Shown: piece after piece, positions 1 to 12,555 of the stretch
How positions within the stretch are numbered: position 1 is the stretch's first letter
Layout of the letters: the number at the start of each line of letters is the position of its first letter
Assembly: GCA_963833125.1 (NCBI GenBank)
Contig: CAWHWX010000028.1
Location: 95,501-159,500, forward strand
Direction: 5' to 3'
Source of the DNA: Candidatus Bathyarchaeota archaeon
GTDB taxonomy: Archaea > Thermoproteota > Bathyarchaeia > 40CM-2-53-6
Length of the DNA stretch: 64,000 nt
The notes under the pieces: model-generated
The model's database searches: none
Told to the model about the DNA's origin: nothing
The model's input: the letters and a program-made list of their open reading frames with translations, nothing else
Position numbers and translations under genes: made by a program

Positions 1-2370
<2,370 letters not shown>

Positions 2371-2499
2371 TTCTCATACCTTCCGTTAGCGTTGCTCCAT
2401 CCGACCCCGCTATTAGGTTTACGAGACCTAAAACCACTACCTCGAATACTTCTGGGTAACGGTTCATTTGGCTCTGATATGACATACATCAACTGCCGG

Positions 2500-2928
2500 T
2501 TAGACATCGCCTATAGCCTGTAGGACAACATCTCGTCGTGACCTGGGTCCGTCCAACTCGACGAAGAAAATATTTTGCCAAGTCCCTCGGATGATTTTGT
2601 GGTTCATGATCGGAAAGGTCTTCGCATGTCCTAGGAACGCTGATGCGAGATGCGAATCAGCATTATCATCTATTGCGTTATGGGAGTACGCCGCAGATTT
2701 TGGGAACAACGTTTCAATTTTGTGCAGCAAATCATCAAGTAACCCTGTCTCATGTTCATTCGCGATTATCGCAGCTGTTGCATGAGGGACGCTGACCATG
2801 CAAATTCCATCTCTTACACCCGACTCGCGTACAAATAATTCCACATCAGACGTAAGATCGATTAACTGCCTTCTTCCCGAGGATTTCAGAGTCAGCACTT
2901 TGTTTACAACCACCAACCCATCACACAT
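2500..2928 (-). CDS. YjbQ/UPF0047 family protein
   Basis: PHATAA, NADSHL and GTWQNIFFVELDGPR motifs. Confidence 0.9.
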   Translation of the reverse strand: MCDGLVVVNKVLTLKSSGRRQLIDLTSDVELFVRESGVRDGICMVSVPHATAAIIANEHETGLLDDLLHKIETLFPKSAAYSHNAIDDNADSHLASAFLGHAKTFPIMNHKIIRGTWQNIFFVELDGPRSRRDVVLQAIGDV

Positions 2929-3070
2929 CCCTCGGCACCAAGACGACTAAGTCAGCGATAATCATACCGAAATCGACAAATACGCAGCATGAGAATGGAA
3001 GGGTTAGGCAAACGACCCGACAGGTAACTCTACGTAAGAAAACATTGCTCGACTAGGAGGTGACAGATGC

Positions 3071-3403
3071 TTGGCACAGGATGAGAGCTCTTCCGGCGCG
3101 AAGGAGCCGATGCACGCAAGGGAACCTATCCCACCAGATACAATTTTGATCGGTAAGAAACCGATTATGGCTTACGCGACAGCGATAATGATGCATTTGC
3201 AGACCGGAGCGAAGACACTTACAGTAAAGGCGAGAGGACGAGCCATTAGCACGGCAGTCGATGTTGTTGAAGTCACCCGCAGAAGATTCTTCGCTGGAAA
3301 ACTGGCAATCAGGGAGATCAGCATCGGCACTCAGGTAATAGGTGAAGCCGGAGACTCAAGGAACGTTTCGACAATCGAAATCAAACTGGAGAAGACCGGT
3401 TAA
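3071..3403 (+). CDS. albA: Alba chromatin/RNA-binding protein
   Basis: ILIGKKPIMAY, KARGRAISTAVDVVE and VSTIEIKL motifs. Confidence 0.93.
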   Translation: MAQDESSSGAKEPMHAREPIPPDTILIGKKPIMAYATAIMMHLQTGAKTLTVKARGRAISTAVDVVEVTRRRFFAGKLAIREISIGTQVIGEAGDSRNVSTIEIKLEKTG

Positions 3404-3732
3404 ACCGCATCGCGCGGCACTCCGATTGGCGTAACCCCCCCAGCTTTTGTTTACATCTGGGTATTCTCAGGTCGAATTCCGAAGGTTAGTCGGTTCGCTG
3501 AAGGGTTTTTGGTAATCAACGAACTCAACACTTAGGATTAGTGTTTCCAACGAGCGTATTCTTCCCTACACTGCGTGGAATCAGAATAGCGAGCTCTTCG
3601 AGATCGTCAATGATGATTGTGAGAAATCGGTTTCGATGACTCACCTATTCTTGACAGTTTTCTTTAATGAAATTTGAATAGTATTCGTTCGAGTACGCAG
3701 AACAAACACCGGGAATTGTTGCAAGCACAAAA

Positions 3733-4389
3733 GTGGAGAATGAACGAATGGACCACAGTTTCCTAAACGACTGGGATACAGAGTCAAGAGAGCCAGTAAT
3801 CTCGAAAGTTGGAGCTCATTTCCACCATAAGGTATCAACGAAAGAACAAGTTTCTTCGGCGCTCTACAGGCTCAAAACTCAACAAAACAAACTGGAATCA
3901 GCAGCTGTTAGAATGCAGCAACATGACAAGGAAATTTTCAATAAATGTGTCAGTTCCCAACTCACCCATGATACTGCACGAGCAGCAATGTACGCGAACG
4001 AGTGCGCAGAAGTGCGAAAGATGGCGAAAGTGACTTTACAATGCCAAATGGCGCTTGAACAGGTATCACTTCGACTAGAAACGATCGAAGAGTTCGGCGA
4101 CGTCGCTCGAATGATGCTTCCCGTAGCCAACGTGGTGCACTCGATCAAGAACCAGATCTCAGGCGTAATGCCTGAAGTTGGCTTTGAACTTGGCCAAATT
4201 GGCGAAGTACTCAGCGGCGTAGTAGACGACACAGGTGAAGTCACAGGATCTGCATATGATACCGCCGCTCCCACCGAGGAAGCCAACAGAATTCTAGGAG
4301 AGGCCAGCACGATCGCTGACCAACACATCAGAGACAAATTCCCGGAACTGCCAACCCAGAGAATAGGTGAACACGGAATCTCACAATAG
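3733..4389 (+). CDS. ESCRT-III (Snf7 domain) CdvB1/B2-like paralog
   Basis: Snf7-like helical core (YANECAEVRKM, LEQVSLRLET) and C-terminal FPELP; directly upstream of cdvA. Confidence 0.9.
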   Translation: MENERMDHSFLNDWDTESREPVISKVGAHFHHKVSTKEQVSSALYRLKTQQNKLESAAVRMQQHDKEIFNKCVSSQLTHDTARAAMYANECAEVRKMAKVTLQCQMALEQVSLRLETIEEFGDVARMMLPVANVVHSIKNQISGVMPEVGFELGQIGEVLSGVVDDTGEVTGSAYDTAAPTEEANRILGEASTIADQHIRDKFPELPTQRIGEHGISQ

Positions 4390-4401
4390 GATAGGGTTAG
4401 G

Positions 4402-5085
4402 ATGAGTATCACTGTAGAAGAAATCGGCAAGTACCTCGGGCAATCGGTTCAAGATATGATGGGCCGACCTACAGGAAAACTGGTCGGTCTTACAGCCGAC
4501 GTCAAGAATGACGTCCAATCTATTCAAATAGCCCGAACTGAGGGCGACGTCACTGAACACGCAATCAACTTCGTTAGGATCATTGACGGACATCCTATTC
4601 TCCTACAAGCGTGGCGCATCGAGGCCGAGGATCTGAAGAAAGAACATGACATCATAAAACGCAGACGACAAGCAATTGACTTACTACTCAAGGACGGAGA
4701 CATCGACCAATCCGAGTACAATCAGTTACGCAGTGGCTACGAGGACATCCACAAAGACATCATTACAAAACGTGACAGCCTTGTAGAGACATTGACAAAC
4801 ACTGAAACGAAACTGGACCAACAGATCAAGGACCTAGAAACCGCATTAACCAATAACAAAATGCTCTACACAGTTGCCGAAATCGACGCAAGCACATATC
4901 AGACAGTAACGGAATCCGTACGAGCAGGCCTAGAAATTTCAAGGAAAGAAAGAAAGGACCTAGATAACACCCGCGAATCTCTGCACGACATAGGCTCGCT
5001 AGAAACTCCACAGATACCGAATCAATCCTCGGCCCCGAATTACATCCCTGACGTCGTCGTAATCAAAATGCGCGAATCAGCTTAA
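4402..5085 (+). CDS. cdvA: Cell division protein CdvA
   Basis: N-terminal PRC-barrel-like GQSVQDMMGRPTGKLVG, long coiled coil and C-terminal PDVVVIKM strand; lies between ESCRT-III genes and upstream of Vps4. Confidence 0.88.
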   Translation: MSITVEEIGKYLGQSVQDMMGRPTGKLVGLTADVKNDVQSIQIARTEGDVTEHAINFVRIIDGHPILLQAWRIEAEDLKKEHDIIKRRRQAIDLLLKDGDIDQSEYNQLRSGYEDIHKDIITKRDSLVETLTNTETKLDQQIKDLETALTNNKMLYTVAEIDASTYQTVTESVRAGLEISRKERKDLDNTRESLHDIGSLETPQIPNQSSAPNYIPDVVVIKMRESA

Positions 5086-5096
5086 GCAACGGGGAT

Positions 5097-5891
5097 GTGA
5101 CTGCCTTCTCTATCTTCAGGAGAGTTGAAGACAAACTGCACCCTGTGCCCTTGAAGGAGCGAATCGTACACGCTTCATTCAGGCTTCACGCACAGCTAGA
5201 GAAACTAGACCACATGTACGCTAAACTCCACCAACGAGATACTGACCTTTTTCAACGGTGCGTTGGGGCCCAGGCTTCAAACGACCCCGGACACGCGAAA
5301 ATTTACGCTAACGAGTGTGCGGAAATCCGGAAGATTGCAAAAGTGGTACTCTCAAGCCAACTTGCGCTTGAGAGAGTAATCCTCCGACTGGAAACGGTTG
5401 GGGAATTCAGTGAGGTCATGGTGGAAATAAGTCCACTCATGTCCATTGTGAAGGAAACAAAATCGAAGATCTCTGGCATAGTTCCGCAGGTTGCGACAGA
5501 GCTCGACGAAGTGAACAACCTGCTCGGAGATTTGACGGATGAGGCTGGCGACGTCTCGACTAATAATTTCACGATAGAGACTAACGATGACGAAGCGAGG
5601 AAGGTCCTTGAGGAAACCGGCCTAATTGCGGAGCAAAAAGTTCGTGACCATTTCCCCGACCTATCAGCAATCGAATCCAGTCCACCAGCAAAGATGGATG
5701 CCATTCCGGAATTCGCAACAACGATTCCCGATATGGAGGCTGGAATCGAAGATAGAGTCTACGATTATGCACGGAAACACAACGGTGAGCTGAGCATACA
5801 TTCTTGTGCACAAGATATTGGTAAATCTCCTGAAGAAGTGAAAACCGCTATTCAAAGGCTGAGGGACACAGGGAAGGTCGCACTCGAATAG
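5097..5891 (+). CDS. cdvB: ESCRT-III CdvB with C-terminal winged helix
   Basis: Snf7 core plus C-terminal wH-like segment (VYDYARKHNGELSIHSCAQDIGKSPEEVKTAIQRL); cdvA-cdvB-cdvC order. Confidence 0.9.
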   Translation: MTAFSIFRRVEDKLHPVPLKERIVHASFRLHAQLEKLDHMYAKLHQRDTDLFQRCVGAQASNDPGHAKIYANECAEIRKIAKVVLSSQLALERVILRLETVGEFSEVMVEISPLMSIVKETKSKISGIVPQVATELDEVNNLLGDLTDEAGDVSTNNFTIETNDDEARKVLEETGLIAEQKVRDHFPDLSAIESSPPAKMDAIPEFATTIPDMEAGIEDRVYDYARKHNGELSIHSCAQDIGKSPEEVKTAIQRLRDTGKVALE

Positions 5892-5911
5892 CCGAGCGAA
5901 GTGATCGTCTC

Positions 5912-7054
5912 ATGCAGGTCTCGGCATCTCAAGAACTCGAACTAATGGCAGCTAAGTTTGCGAACGAAGCTGTACAGTTTGATAGGCAAGGCGTGCGGTC
6001 TAATGCCATCTCACGTTACGAACGCACTACTGAGATTCTGCTGAAACTATGCAGCCTGTATCCCGAGGCCCCCCAAAATAAGCTCTACATGCAACAAGTT
6101 GAGAACTGCAAGCGTAGAGTGAAGGAGCTCAAAAACGGAGACGTTCCGCTAGACGAGAGAGATAGCTCCCAAGCTAAGATTCAACCAAAGCTAGAACAAT
6201 TGATACTTACTGAGAAGCCGGATGTAAAGTGGAGCGAAATAGCGAACTTACACGACGCTAAGAAAGCAATAGAAGAATCAATAGTCTTCCCGTTACGACG
6301 CGCCGACCTCTTTCCACTCGGTTGGCCAAGAGGAATTCTGTTCTTCGGACCGCCGGGTTGTGGCAAGACACTACTAGCCGCAGCGATAGCTACCGAGATT
6401 GACGCTGTATTCTACAGTGTAGACGCCCCGGCAATAATGTCAAAGTGGTTGGGTGAATCTGAAAAGAACGTGTCGGGTCTTTTCGCGTCCGCTCATAGAA
6501 GCGCCGCTGATGGTCACCCAGTAATCATATTCATTGACGAAGTAGATTCGCTCGTGGGAATCAGAGGCGACGAGGTAGGGGGCGAAGTTAGAACCCGAAA
6601 CCAGTTCCTTCAGGAAATGGATAGCATCCTCGACAAAAAGAACCCGAGCCATGTCTACATTATAGGTGCAACAAACAAGCCCTGGGCTCTAGACGATCCG
6701 TTCATTCGCAGATTCCAGAAACGAATCTACGTTCCTTTGCCAGGTCCAGAAGCGAGGCGGGAAATGTTCGACATTTACGCTAAGAACCTGAAGCTTGCCA
6801 GAGATGTTGATCGGGAACTTGTCGTCGAGAAGACGAACGGGTATTCAGGGAGCGATTTGCGTGATATATTCCAGGGAGCTCAGACTCGGGTCGTCCGAGA
6901 GTTTTTCGAAAATGATGCTCTCGGAACTAAAGGTCAGGCCCGTCACATAACGATGGACGACTTTAGGGAGATCCTAATGAGACGCAAGCCAAGTGTCTCA
7001 CCGCAAATGCTCGGTTTGTATGATAAGTGGTTTGAAACTTACAAAGCGCTTTGA
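5912..7054 (+). CDS. cdvC: CdvC/Vps4 AAA+ ATPase with N-terminal MIT domain
   Basis: MIT helices, Walker A GPPGCGKT, pore loop SKWLGESEK, Walker B IIFIDE, SRH ATNKPW...RRFQKR. Confidence 0.95.
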   Translation: MQVSASQELELMAAKFANEAVQFDRQGVRSNAISRYERTTEILLKLCSLYPEAPQNKLYMQQVENCKRRVKELKNGDVPLDERDSSQAKIQPKLEQLILTEKPDVKWSEIANLHDAKKAIEESIVFPLRRADLFPLGWPRGILFFGPPGCGKTLLAAAIATEIDAVFYSVDAPAIMSKWLGESEKNVSGLFASAHRSAADGHPVIIFIDEVDSLVGIRGDEVGGEVRTRNQFLQEMDSILDKKNPSHVYIIGATNKPWALDDPFIRRFQKRIYVPLPGPEARREMFDIYAKNLKLARDVDRELVVEKTNGYSGSDLRDIFQGAQTRVVREFFENDALGTKGQARHITMDDFREILMRRKPSVSPQMLGLYDKWFETYKAL

Positions 7055-7068
7055 GGAGAAAATAAAGA

Positions 7069-7566
7069 ATGTTAGATGCAATAGACTACAAGATCTTGGC
7101 GGAACTGGTCGACAATTCGAAGTCGTCGTTCGCTGAGATTGGCCGCAAGTTGAGCCTTCACCCAAACGTAGTAGCCTACAGAGTGAACAAGCTCGAAAGA
7201 AGTGGCGTAATCAAGGATTACACCGCTGGCTTAGATCTTGAGAAACTAGGAGTCGCCGAACAGATTCTCGTAGGGGCAAGCTTTCCACGCGAGGCTGGCC
7301 GCGACGACATAATCGACAAGATCGCAGCCATCCCGCAAACAGTCAAAGTTGTGAGCTCTCTCGGTGAACCTGAAAGCCTTGTTTTCCTAGTCGGAAAGAA
7401 CAAGACCGAGATAGAGAAATTGATGACCAAACTCAGGTCCTTGGACATTAAAATTCAGTACACGGGTTCGATAATACGAACCTTTGAGGAAGGCAGACTG
7501 GGGAACTTCCTCAAAATTCTCGCTCGTGAACACGAGACAGCGGAAATTCAGAACAGAACATTATGA
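7069..7566 (+). CDS. Lrp/AsnC family transcriptional regulator
   Basis: LDAIDYKILAEL...SFAEIGRKL...RVNKLERSGVIKDY HTH followed by a RAM-like domain. Confidence 0.88.
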   Translation: MLDAIDYKILAELVDNSKSSFAEIGRKLSLHPNVVAYRVNKLERSGVIKDYTAGLDLEKLGVAEQILVGASFPREAGRDDIIDKIAAIPQTVKVVSSLGEPESLVFLVGKNKTEIEKLMTKLRSLDIKIQYTGSIIRTFEEGRLGNFLKILAREHETAEIQNRTL

Positions 7567-7582
7567 AGGGGTGATAGATAGA

Positions 7583-8188
7583 ATGTTCAAAGAAAGAACA
7601 CCATTATCCAAGAAGATTAGGGAGGCTATACGACCCACACCAATGAAGAGACGCATAAGCGAATGCCTCTTCAAACTGAAGATGCAAGAACGAAAACTTG
7701 AGAGAACCTCATACCACATGCAACAACACGACCAAGCACTCTACGGCAAGTGCGTCCTTGCAGTCCAGGGCAAGAACACCGAACTCGCATCCATGTACGC
7801 CAACGAATGCGCAGAGCTAAGGAAGATGGCTAAGGTAGTATTACACAGCGAACTCGCATTAGAGCAAGTAACTCTTAGACTGGAAACCGTGAACGAATTC
7901 GGCCAGGTCGCATACACCATGCTACCAGTCGTCGGTGTCGTGAGGACTTTGAAAACACAATTGGAAGGAGTACTACCTGAAGTTTCAATGGAACTATCAC
8001 AGGTAAACGAAACATTAGAAGGGCTAACAGTGGAAGTCGGCGAGGCAACTGAAAACACCTTCGACATGTCGGCTTCAAGTGGAGAATCGCAGAAAATACT
8101 TCAGGAAGCAAATTTCGTTGCCGAGCAAAAGATGAAGGAGAGATTCCCGGAGCTCCCGCCAATACCTACCAGCGAAGCACGCGTCTAA
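7583..8188 (+). CDS. ESCRT-III (Snf7 domain) CdvB1/B2-like paralog
   Basis: Likely start ATG 7583 after a GGGGTGA SD-like sequence; YANECAELRKM, LEQVTLRLET and FPELPP motifs. Confidence 0.9.
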   Translation: MFKERTPLSKKIREAIRPTPMKRRISECLFKLKMQERKLERTSYHMQQHDQALYGKCVLAVQGKNTELASMYANECAELRKMAKVVLHSELALEQVTLRLETVNEFGQVAYTMLPVVGVVRTLKTQLEGVLPEVSMELSQVNETLEGLTVEVGEATENTFDMSASSGESQKILQEANFVAEQKMKERFPELPPIPTSEARV

Positions 8189-8245
8189 CTTTACTTCAGA
8201 AACTCCTCCCTTTCGCCCTTTTCTATTATTTTTCGGGTACCGAAC

Positions 8246-9547
8246 TTATGACGGTATTCTCTGAAACGGAAACATGAAGATGAAAATGTAGACTACCACA
8301 GCCAAGTAGAAAATCACTACGATCTTTGGGAGCTTGGTATCGGCTATCATATACGCGATCGCAGCGCAGATGGCCGGCACGGCGGGGAGGAAGTAGAATA
8401 GGTATGTAACTCGTTGTCCAAAGATTACTGCGGGGTAGAAGGGAAGGTAGGTTAAGGAAAACAATGCTATTGCGACAAGGCTAAGGTCGTCGCGTCTTTG
8501 ATAGTAGTTGTAGGAGCAATACAGTAGAGCAGGAATCGTCAAGAACGAGATTGCTGGGTTCATGGCGCCGAGGAAGCTCACTGAAACGTAACTGCTGCTC
8601 GTTCCTCCAGAGCTTTGTTGAACGCTTACCCTCAGGTATGGAATGGTAAGTTGATTCAATAGCCACTGCCACGGGCAACTCACGATTCCGCTTGGGCAGG
8701 ATGAGGTGAGTGCTGCTGAGTAATCGAGTATGTATTTGATGTGATCGAGGGGATTGGAGAAACCGACGAAGTATCGGTCCATTATTGTCAGTAGAATGAT
8801 GAAGACGATAGCGTATGTCGCGGTGTATTTCTCAAACCAGGAGAAGAAATCTCCCCACTTCTTTCTCTTCGTCGGATCATTCACGAATCTGACCAAGTGG
8901 ATGCCGATAATCAGCGCAAACCCCGCGAGTCCTGTTTCCTTGCTCAACGCGCTTAGTACCATTCCTACTGCGCTGAGGTACGGGTGACCCGCAAAATACC
9001 AGTAGATGCCCAGCAGCATGAATCCTACGGCAAAGATATCCAAGACCGCGATTCTGCTGTGAACGAAAGCCAAGTTATCGAAGGAGAAGAGGAATACGGA
9101 AATTATTGGGATGGCCTCTTGCTTCGATACCTTCTTCATTAGAAGGTAGAGTGCCAGAATCGATATCGAGCCGAAGATTACGCTGGGAATCCGCCACCCA
9201 AATCCATTGTTGCCTATAATCGACATTGAGAGAGCAATCAACAACTTGGCCAATGGCATATGTTCGTGGTTAGGGTCGAGGCCTTGTGGAACGTTGACGT
9301 AGGGTGGCTGTCCGTTTGCCCCTACACTTTGAGGGATGTGCAAAATGACTCGGGCGACGTTTACGTAGTACCATTCATCGAAGACCAAGGATCCTGGTGG
9401 TCTATCCAACCATATGACACGTAAGATGATATCGACGATGAAGAGAATTAGGAAGAGACGGTCGTAGAAGTTGCCTAGGCTCAGGTCTAGGTGGAGATAG
9501 CTTCTGATGTCGGGCCAAGTGATTTTTGGAGAGGATTTAATGGACAA
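8246..9547 (-). CDS. Dolichyl-phosphate-mannose:protein mannosyltransferase-like glycosyltransferase (GT39/PMT)
   Basis: VFDEWYY, EHMPLAK, GWRIPS and SRIAVLD motifs; polytopic membrane protein. Confidence 0.85.
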   Translation of the reverse strand: MSIKSSPKITWPDIRSYLHLDLSLGNFYDRLFLILFIVDIILRVIWLDRPPGSLVFDEWYYVNVARVILHIPQSVGANGQPPYVNVPQGLDPNHEHMPLAKLLIALSMSIIGNNGFGWRIPSVIFGSISILALYLLMKKVSKQEAIPIISVFLFSFDNLAFVHSRIAVLDIFAVGFMLLGIYWYFAGHPYLSAVGMVLSALSKETGLAGFALIIGIHLVRFVNDPTKRKKWGDFFSWFEKYTATYAIVFIILLTIMDRYFVGFSNPLDHIKYILDYSAALTSSCPSGIVSCPWQWLLNQLTIPYLRVSVQQSSGGTSSSYVSVSFLGAMNPAISFLTIPALLYCSYNYYQRRDDLSLVAIALFSLTYLPFYPAVIFGQRVTYLFYFLPAVPAICAAIAYMIADTKLPKIVVIFYLAVVVYIFIFMFPFQRIPS

Positions 9548-9551
9548 TCGT

Positions 9552-11495
9552 CTACATCCTTTCGCTTAGCTTGATTCCGAGCAGCTCCATTGAGTTCCGA
9601 AGCACGACTTGGATTGAGGCGACTAGGGCGGCTCTCGCATTCTTAACTTGCTCGTCTGCGTGTATAACATCTACCTTTTCGTAGTATTCATGAAACTTTT
9701 CAGCGACGGCACTGGCGTACGTAGCCAACTCTTCTGGTTTCAACTGGTCTGCTGCTTCACAGAAGGCTTCCGGGAGTTGGGCTATCTTGAAAAGTAGAAT
9801 GTGTTCGAGTGGGTGAGTGAGAAGGGAACAATCGGGATTGTTTGGTGCCTTCCCTAGCTTTCTCAGAATGCTCCCTGCTCTTGTATATGCGTAGTTTATG
9901 AACGGTGCACTGTTCCGCTCTAGGCTGAGAACCCGATCCCATGTGAAAGTCAGGTTCTTCACGCTATTGACACTGAGCATTGCAAACTTAATCGCACCGT
10001 AAGCTATGTTGCGTATTATGAGCTGAGTCTCCTCAGAACCCATTTCTTGTTTTCTTTCCGCTAGGGTTTGATCAACTCTGACCTTGGCTTGATCGACCAC
10101 TTCGTCGAGAGTGATGAAATGTGCTCTTCTCTTGGACATTTTCACACCTGGCAATTCGACGAGGCCGTAAGCAAAGTGAATCATGTTGAATGCTGCCTCC
10201 TTCTCTCCGAGTGCGTAGAGGGCAAGGCGAATCTGAAGTTGGGGTAGGGTCTGCTCACTCGCAATGACGTTGATGACTCGGTCAGAGTCCTTGAATTTGA
10301 CTAGGGAGTAGGCTATGTCGCGTGTGGGGTAGAGGGTTGTTCCGTCGCTTCTTACTAGGGTTAGGTGTGGAACCTCGTAGTTGGGGGAGAGCCCAAACTG
10401 TTCCCTGAGATCATAAGCCTCCACAATCGCGTTTGGATCCAAAACCAGTGAAGCACCCTCTGGCTTGGTGAAGGGCAGTTGTGTCAGTTTGCTCAATGTC
10501 TTCTTCACCAAACCGTCCCAGAGGAGCTGGCTCTCCCAGTCCCATTTGTCGAAGTCTATGTCGATCTCGTGCAGAGACGTCTTGATTCCTTCGAGGCATC
10601 GTTCGACCATTGTTCGAATAAGGTTGGTAGTTTCTTTGTCATTTTCCTCATACTTGCGGCCCAACTCCTGAATTGCCTTCTCCGGGTCAGCCTCGACCTG
10701 AACCGCCTTCACAACCTTCCCCAACAGTTCTTTGTTTATGGATTCGAGTTCGGCTGCGATGCCGACCCATTCGTCGAGATTAGTCTGAAGCTTCGCCCTT
10801 TCGTCGGTTTGGTCTGGTCTAAGTGTTTTCAGTTTGCGTTTGGTGGTTTCGATTTGGACGGCGCAGTTTGTGCATGCGTAGAGGCGTCCGAACCAGTGGT
10901 CCGCCTTCCCTTGGGGTTCGGGTCGGTTTATGAGGTGGTAGCCGTAGGCTAGAATCGAGACCTGTCTTCCAACATCATCCACATAGAACCGTCTGATCAC
11001 AGAGTGCCCTCTAGCCTTGCATAAGCGTGCCAATGCGTCGCCGAGGATTGAGTTTCGTGCCGTCGCCATCGTTACAGGCCCAGCAGGGTTTGAGCTTGTG
11101 TGTTCAACCGAGACTCTTCGCGGTTCAGCAATTTTCACTAATCCGTAGGTTTCGTTCTCGACGGAGACAGGGTCGAGGATCAACGGTCCCGCCTTGGCAT
11201 AGTTTAGCCGGAAGTTGATGTAACCCGAAGCATCCTCCACCGCTGCGATCAAAGACCTCTCATTCAGTTTGATCGCGCCACGAATTTTGCGAGCAACATC
11301 TTGAGGTGCAAGCCCCTCCTTACGCGCGATCTCGTGCGCAACCGATGAGGCCAATTCCCCGAACTCCAGCGACCCCGGGACCGTGAGCCGCCGCTGTCCC
11401 CCAGATGCTTCCGGGTAGGTAGTCGACAACGCGGCGTCCAGAGCTTCCATACACTCCGCTCTGAACTGCTGTAAGACGATAGGCAAAGCGACCAA
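9552..11495 (-). CDS. argS: Arginine--tRNA ligase
   Basis: VEHTSSNP, DDVGRQ, RSDGTTLY, KMSKR, FINYAYTRA motifs and C-terminal ERM. Confidence 0.95.
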   Translation of the reverse strand: MVALPIVLQQFRAECMEALDAALSTTYPEASGGQRRLTVPGSLEFGELASSVAHEIARKEGLAPQDVARKIRGAIKLNERSLIAAVEDASGYINFRLNYAKAGPLILDPVSVENETYGLVKIAEPRRVSVEHTSSNPAGPVTMATARNSILGDALARLCKARGHSVIRRFYVDDVGRQVSILAYGYHLINRPEPQGKADHWFGRLYACTNCAVQIETTKRKLKTLRPDQTDERAKLQTNLDEWVGIAAELESINKELLGKVVKAVQVEADPEKAIQELGRKYEENDKETTNLIRTMVERCLEGIKTSLHEIDIDFDKWDWESQLLWDGLVKKTLSKLTQLPFTKPEGASLVLDPNAIVEAYDLREQFGLSPNYEVPHLTLVRSDGTTLYPTRDIAYSLVKFKDSDRVINVIASEQTLPQLQIRLALYALGEKEAAFNMIHFAYGLVELPGVKMSKRRAHFITLDEVVDQAKVRVDQTLAERKQEMGSEETQLIIRNIAYGAIKFAMLSVNSVKNLTFTWDRVLSLERNSAPFINYAYTRAGSILRKLGKAPNNPDCSLLTHPLEHILLFKIAQLPEAFCEAADQLKPEELATYASAVAEKFHEYYEKVDVIHADEQVKNARAALVASIQVVLRNSMELLGIKLSERM

Positions 11496-11684
11496 CTTTC
11501 CGAGTTAATCTGCTGACCCAACAGCGTACGTTTATTTGCTTAAAATTCGTTCGCTGACGAAGTCTGAGTACGCACCGGACGATTTTCTTGTCCTCGGATT
11601 ATTTGTGAAATATCCAGTTGAGATTAGGTTTGAGATGGTTCTAAATCCCCACTCTTATACAGTCTGAAACCGTCTTTCATCAGA

Positions 11685-11718
11685 GGGCGGGTAGCCTAGC
11701 CTGGATAGGGCACAGGCC
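11685..11718 (+). repeat. att site: exact 34-bp copy of the 5' part of tRNA-Arg(CCG)
   Basis: GGGCGGGTAGCCTAGCCTGGATAGGGCACAGGCC is identical to 14982-15015. A TATA-like TTATAC lies about 30 bp upstream. Confidence 0.92.
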
Positions 11719-12555
11719 AGCAGCTACATCTCGTTTTAATCCTGTAGCTCGGGCGAGGTCGGAACTGAATTCTTTCAGTCATTGCATCCTCACAGCTCTG
11801 CACGTGAAGCTGTGGTTGCTTTGGATTAAAAAATTGTAGAGGTTGTATGGGTTAGGTAAGGTTTCTAAGAAATTTTAATGGAAAGTTATAGGTTTAGTTG
11901 GGTTTCGACCATAACGAATCTGACGCAAGCAAATTAGCATACCAAGTAGGCAGAGGTGTGAGAGCAGCTAGTTGTACTGCATCGGGTGTGACAATCTCCG
12001 CACAATGATGTAATGTACTTCTGGGGTGGGTAGGTTTACACGGTTAACTCGATTTACACTTACGGGAGGCTGTTGGACATTGTACTTATAGTGCGGGACT
12101 CTTCTACTGGCGTAACTGTGTTCCCCCCGCTCAAAGTGCATCTTTGATCAGGAGTTCCGAGCACATGTCGTGGACATTAATGACTATGACTTCAGCATCT
12201 ACTCTGTTGTAATTTATCCTATAACATCGGTGGATGAGTACAGGTTCTACTTCATGCGCTAGGTCAACTTGCTGACTTTTTGGACTTTGATGACTGTCTT
12301 TTCCACAAGTTCGGTCGGTGGTATCCAGTGTTCAACTTGATTGTGGGGCAACCCGTGATATGAATATTAGTTGAGGATTACTACTAGTATTTTTTATGGT
12401 TATAGGGTTTTGGATGAATCGACGTAGAACGAGAAATCGCGAATATGGTTCTCACGGTTCTATCACTTGGAATCGGCCCAACGATTAGGTTAATCGTGTA
12501 CATCGGTGGAACGCTTAAGAGGAATGAATGAGTTCTCTTTCGAGTTTCGGTTGGC

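Noticed and set aside
11685-11718. Possible split (trans-spliced) tRNA 5' half
   Set aside because: A complete tRNA-Arg(CCG) lies 3.3 kb away beside an integrase and no separate 3' half is seen; an att duplication explains it.
11820-12550. Possible coding remnants inside the tRNA-Arg element
   Set aside because: No sustained reading frame or recognisable motif.
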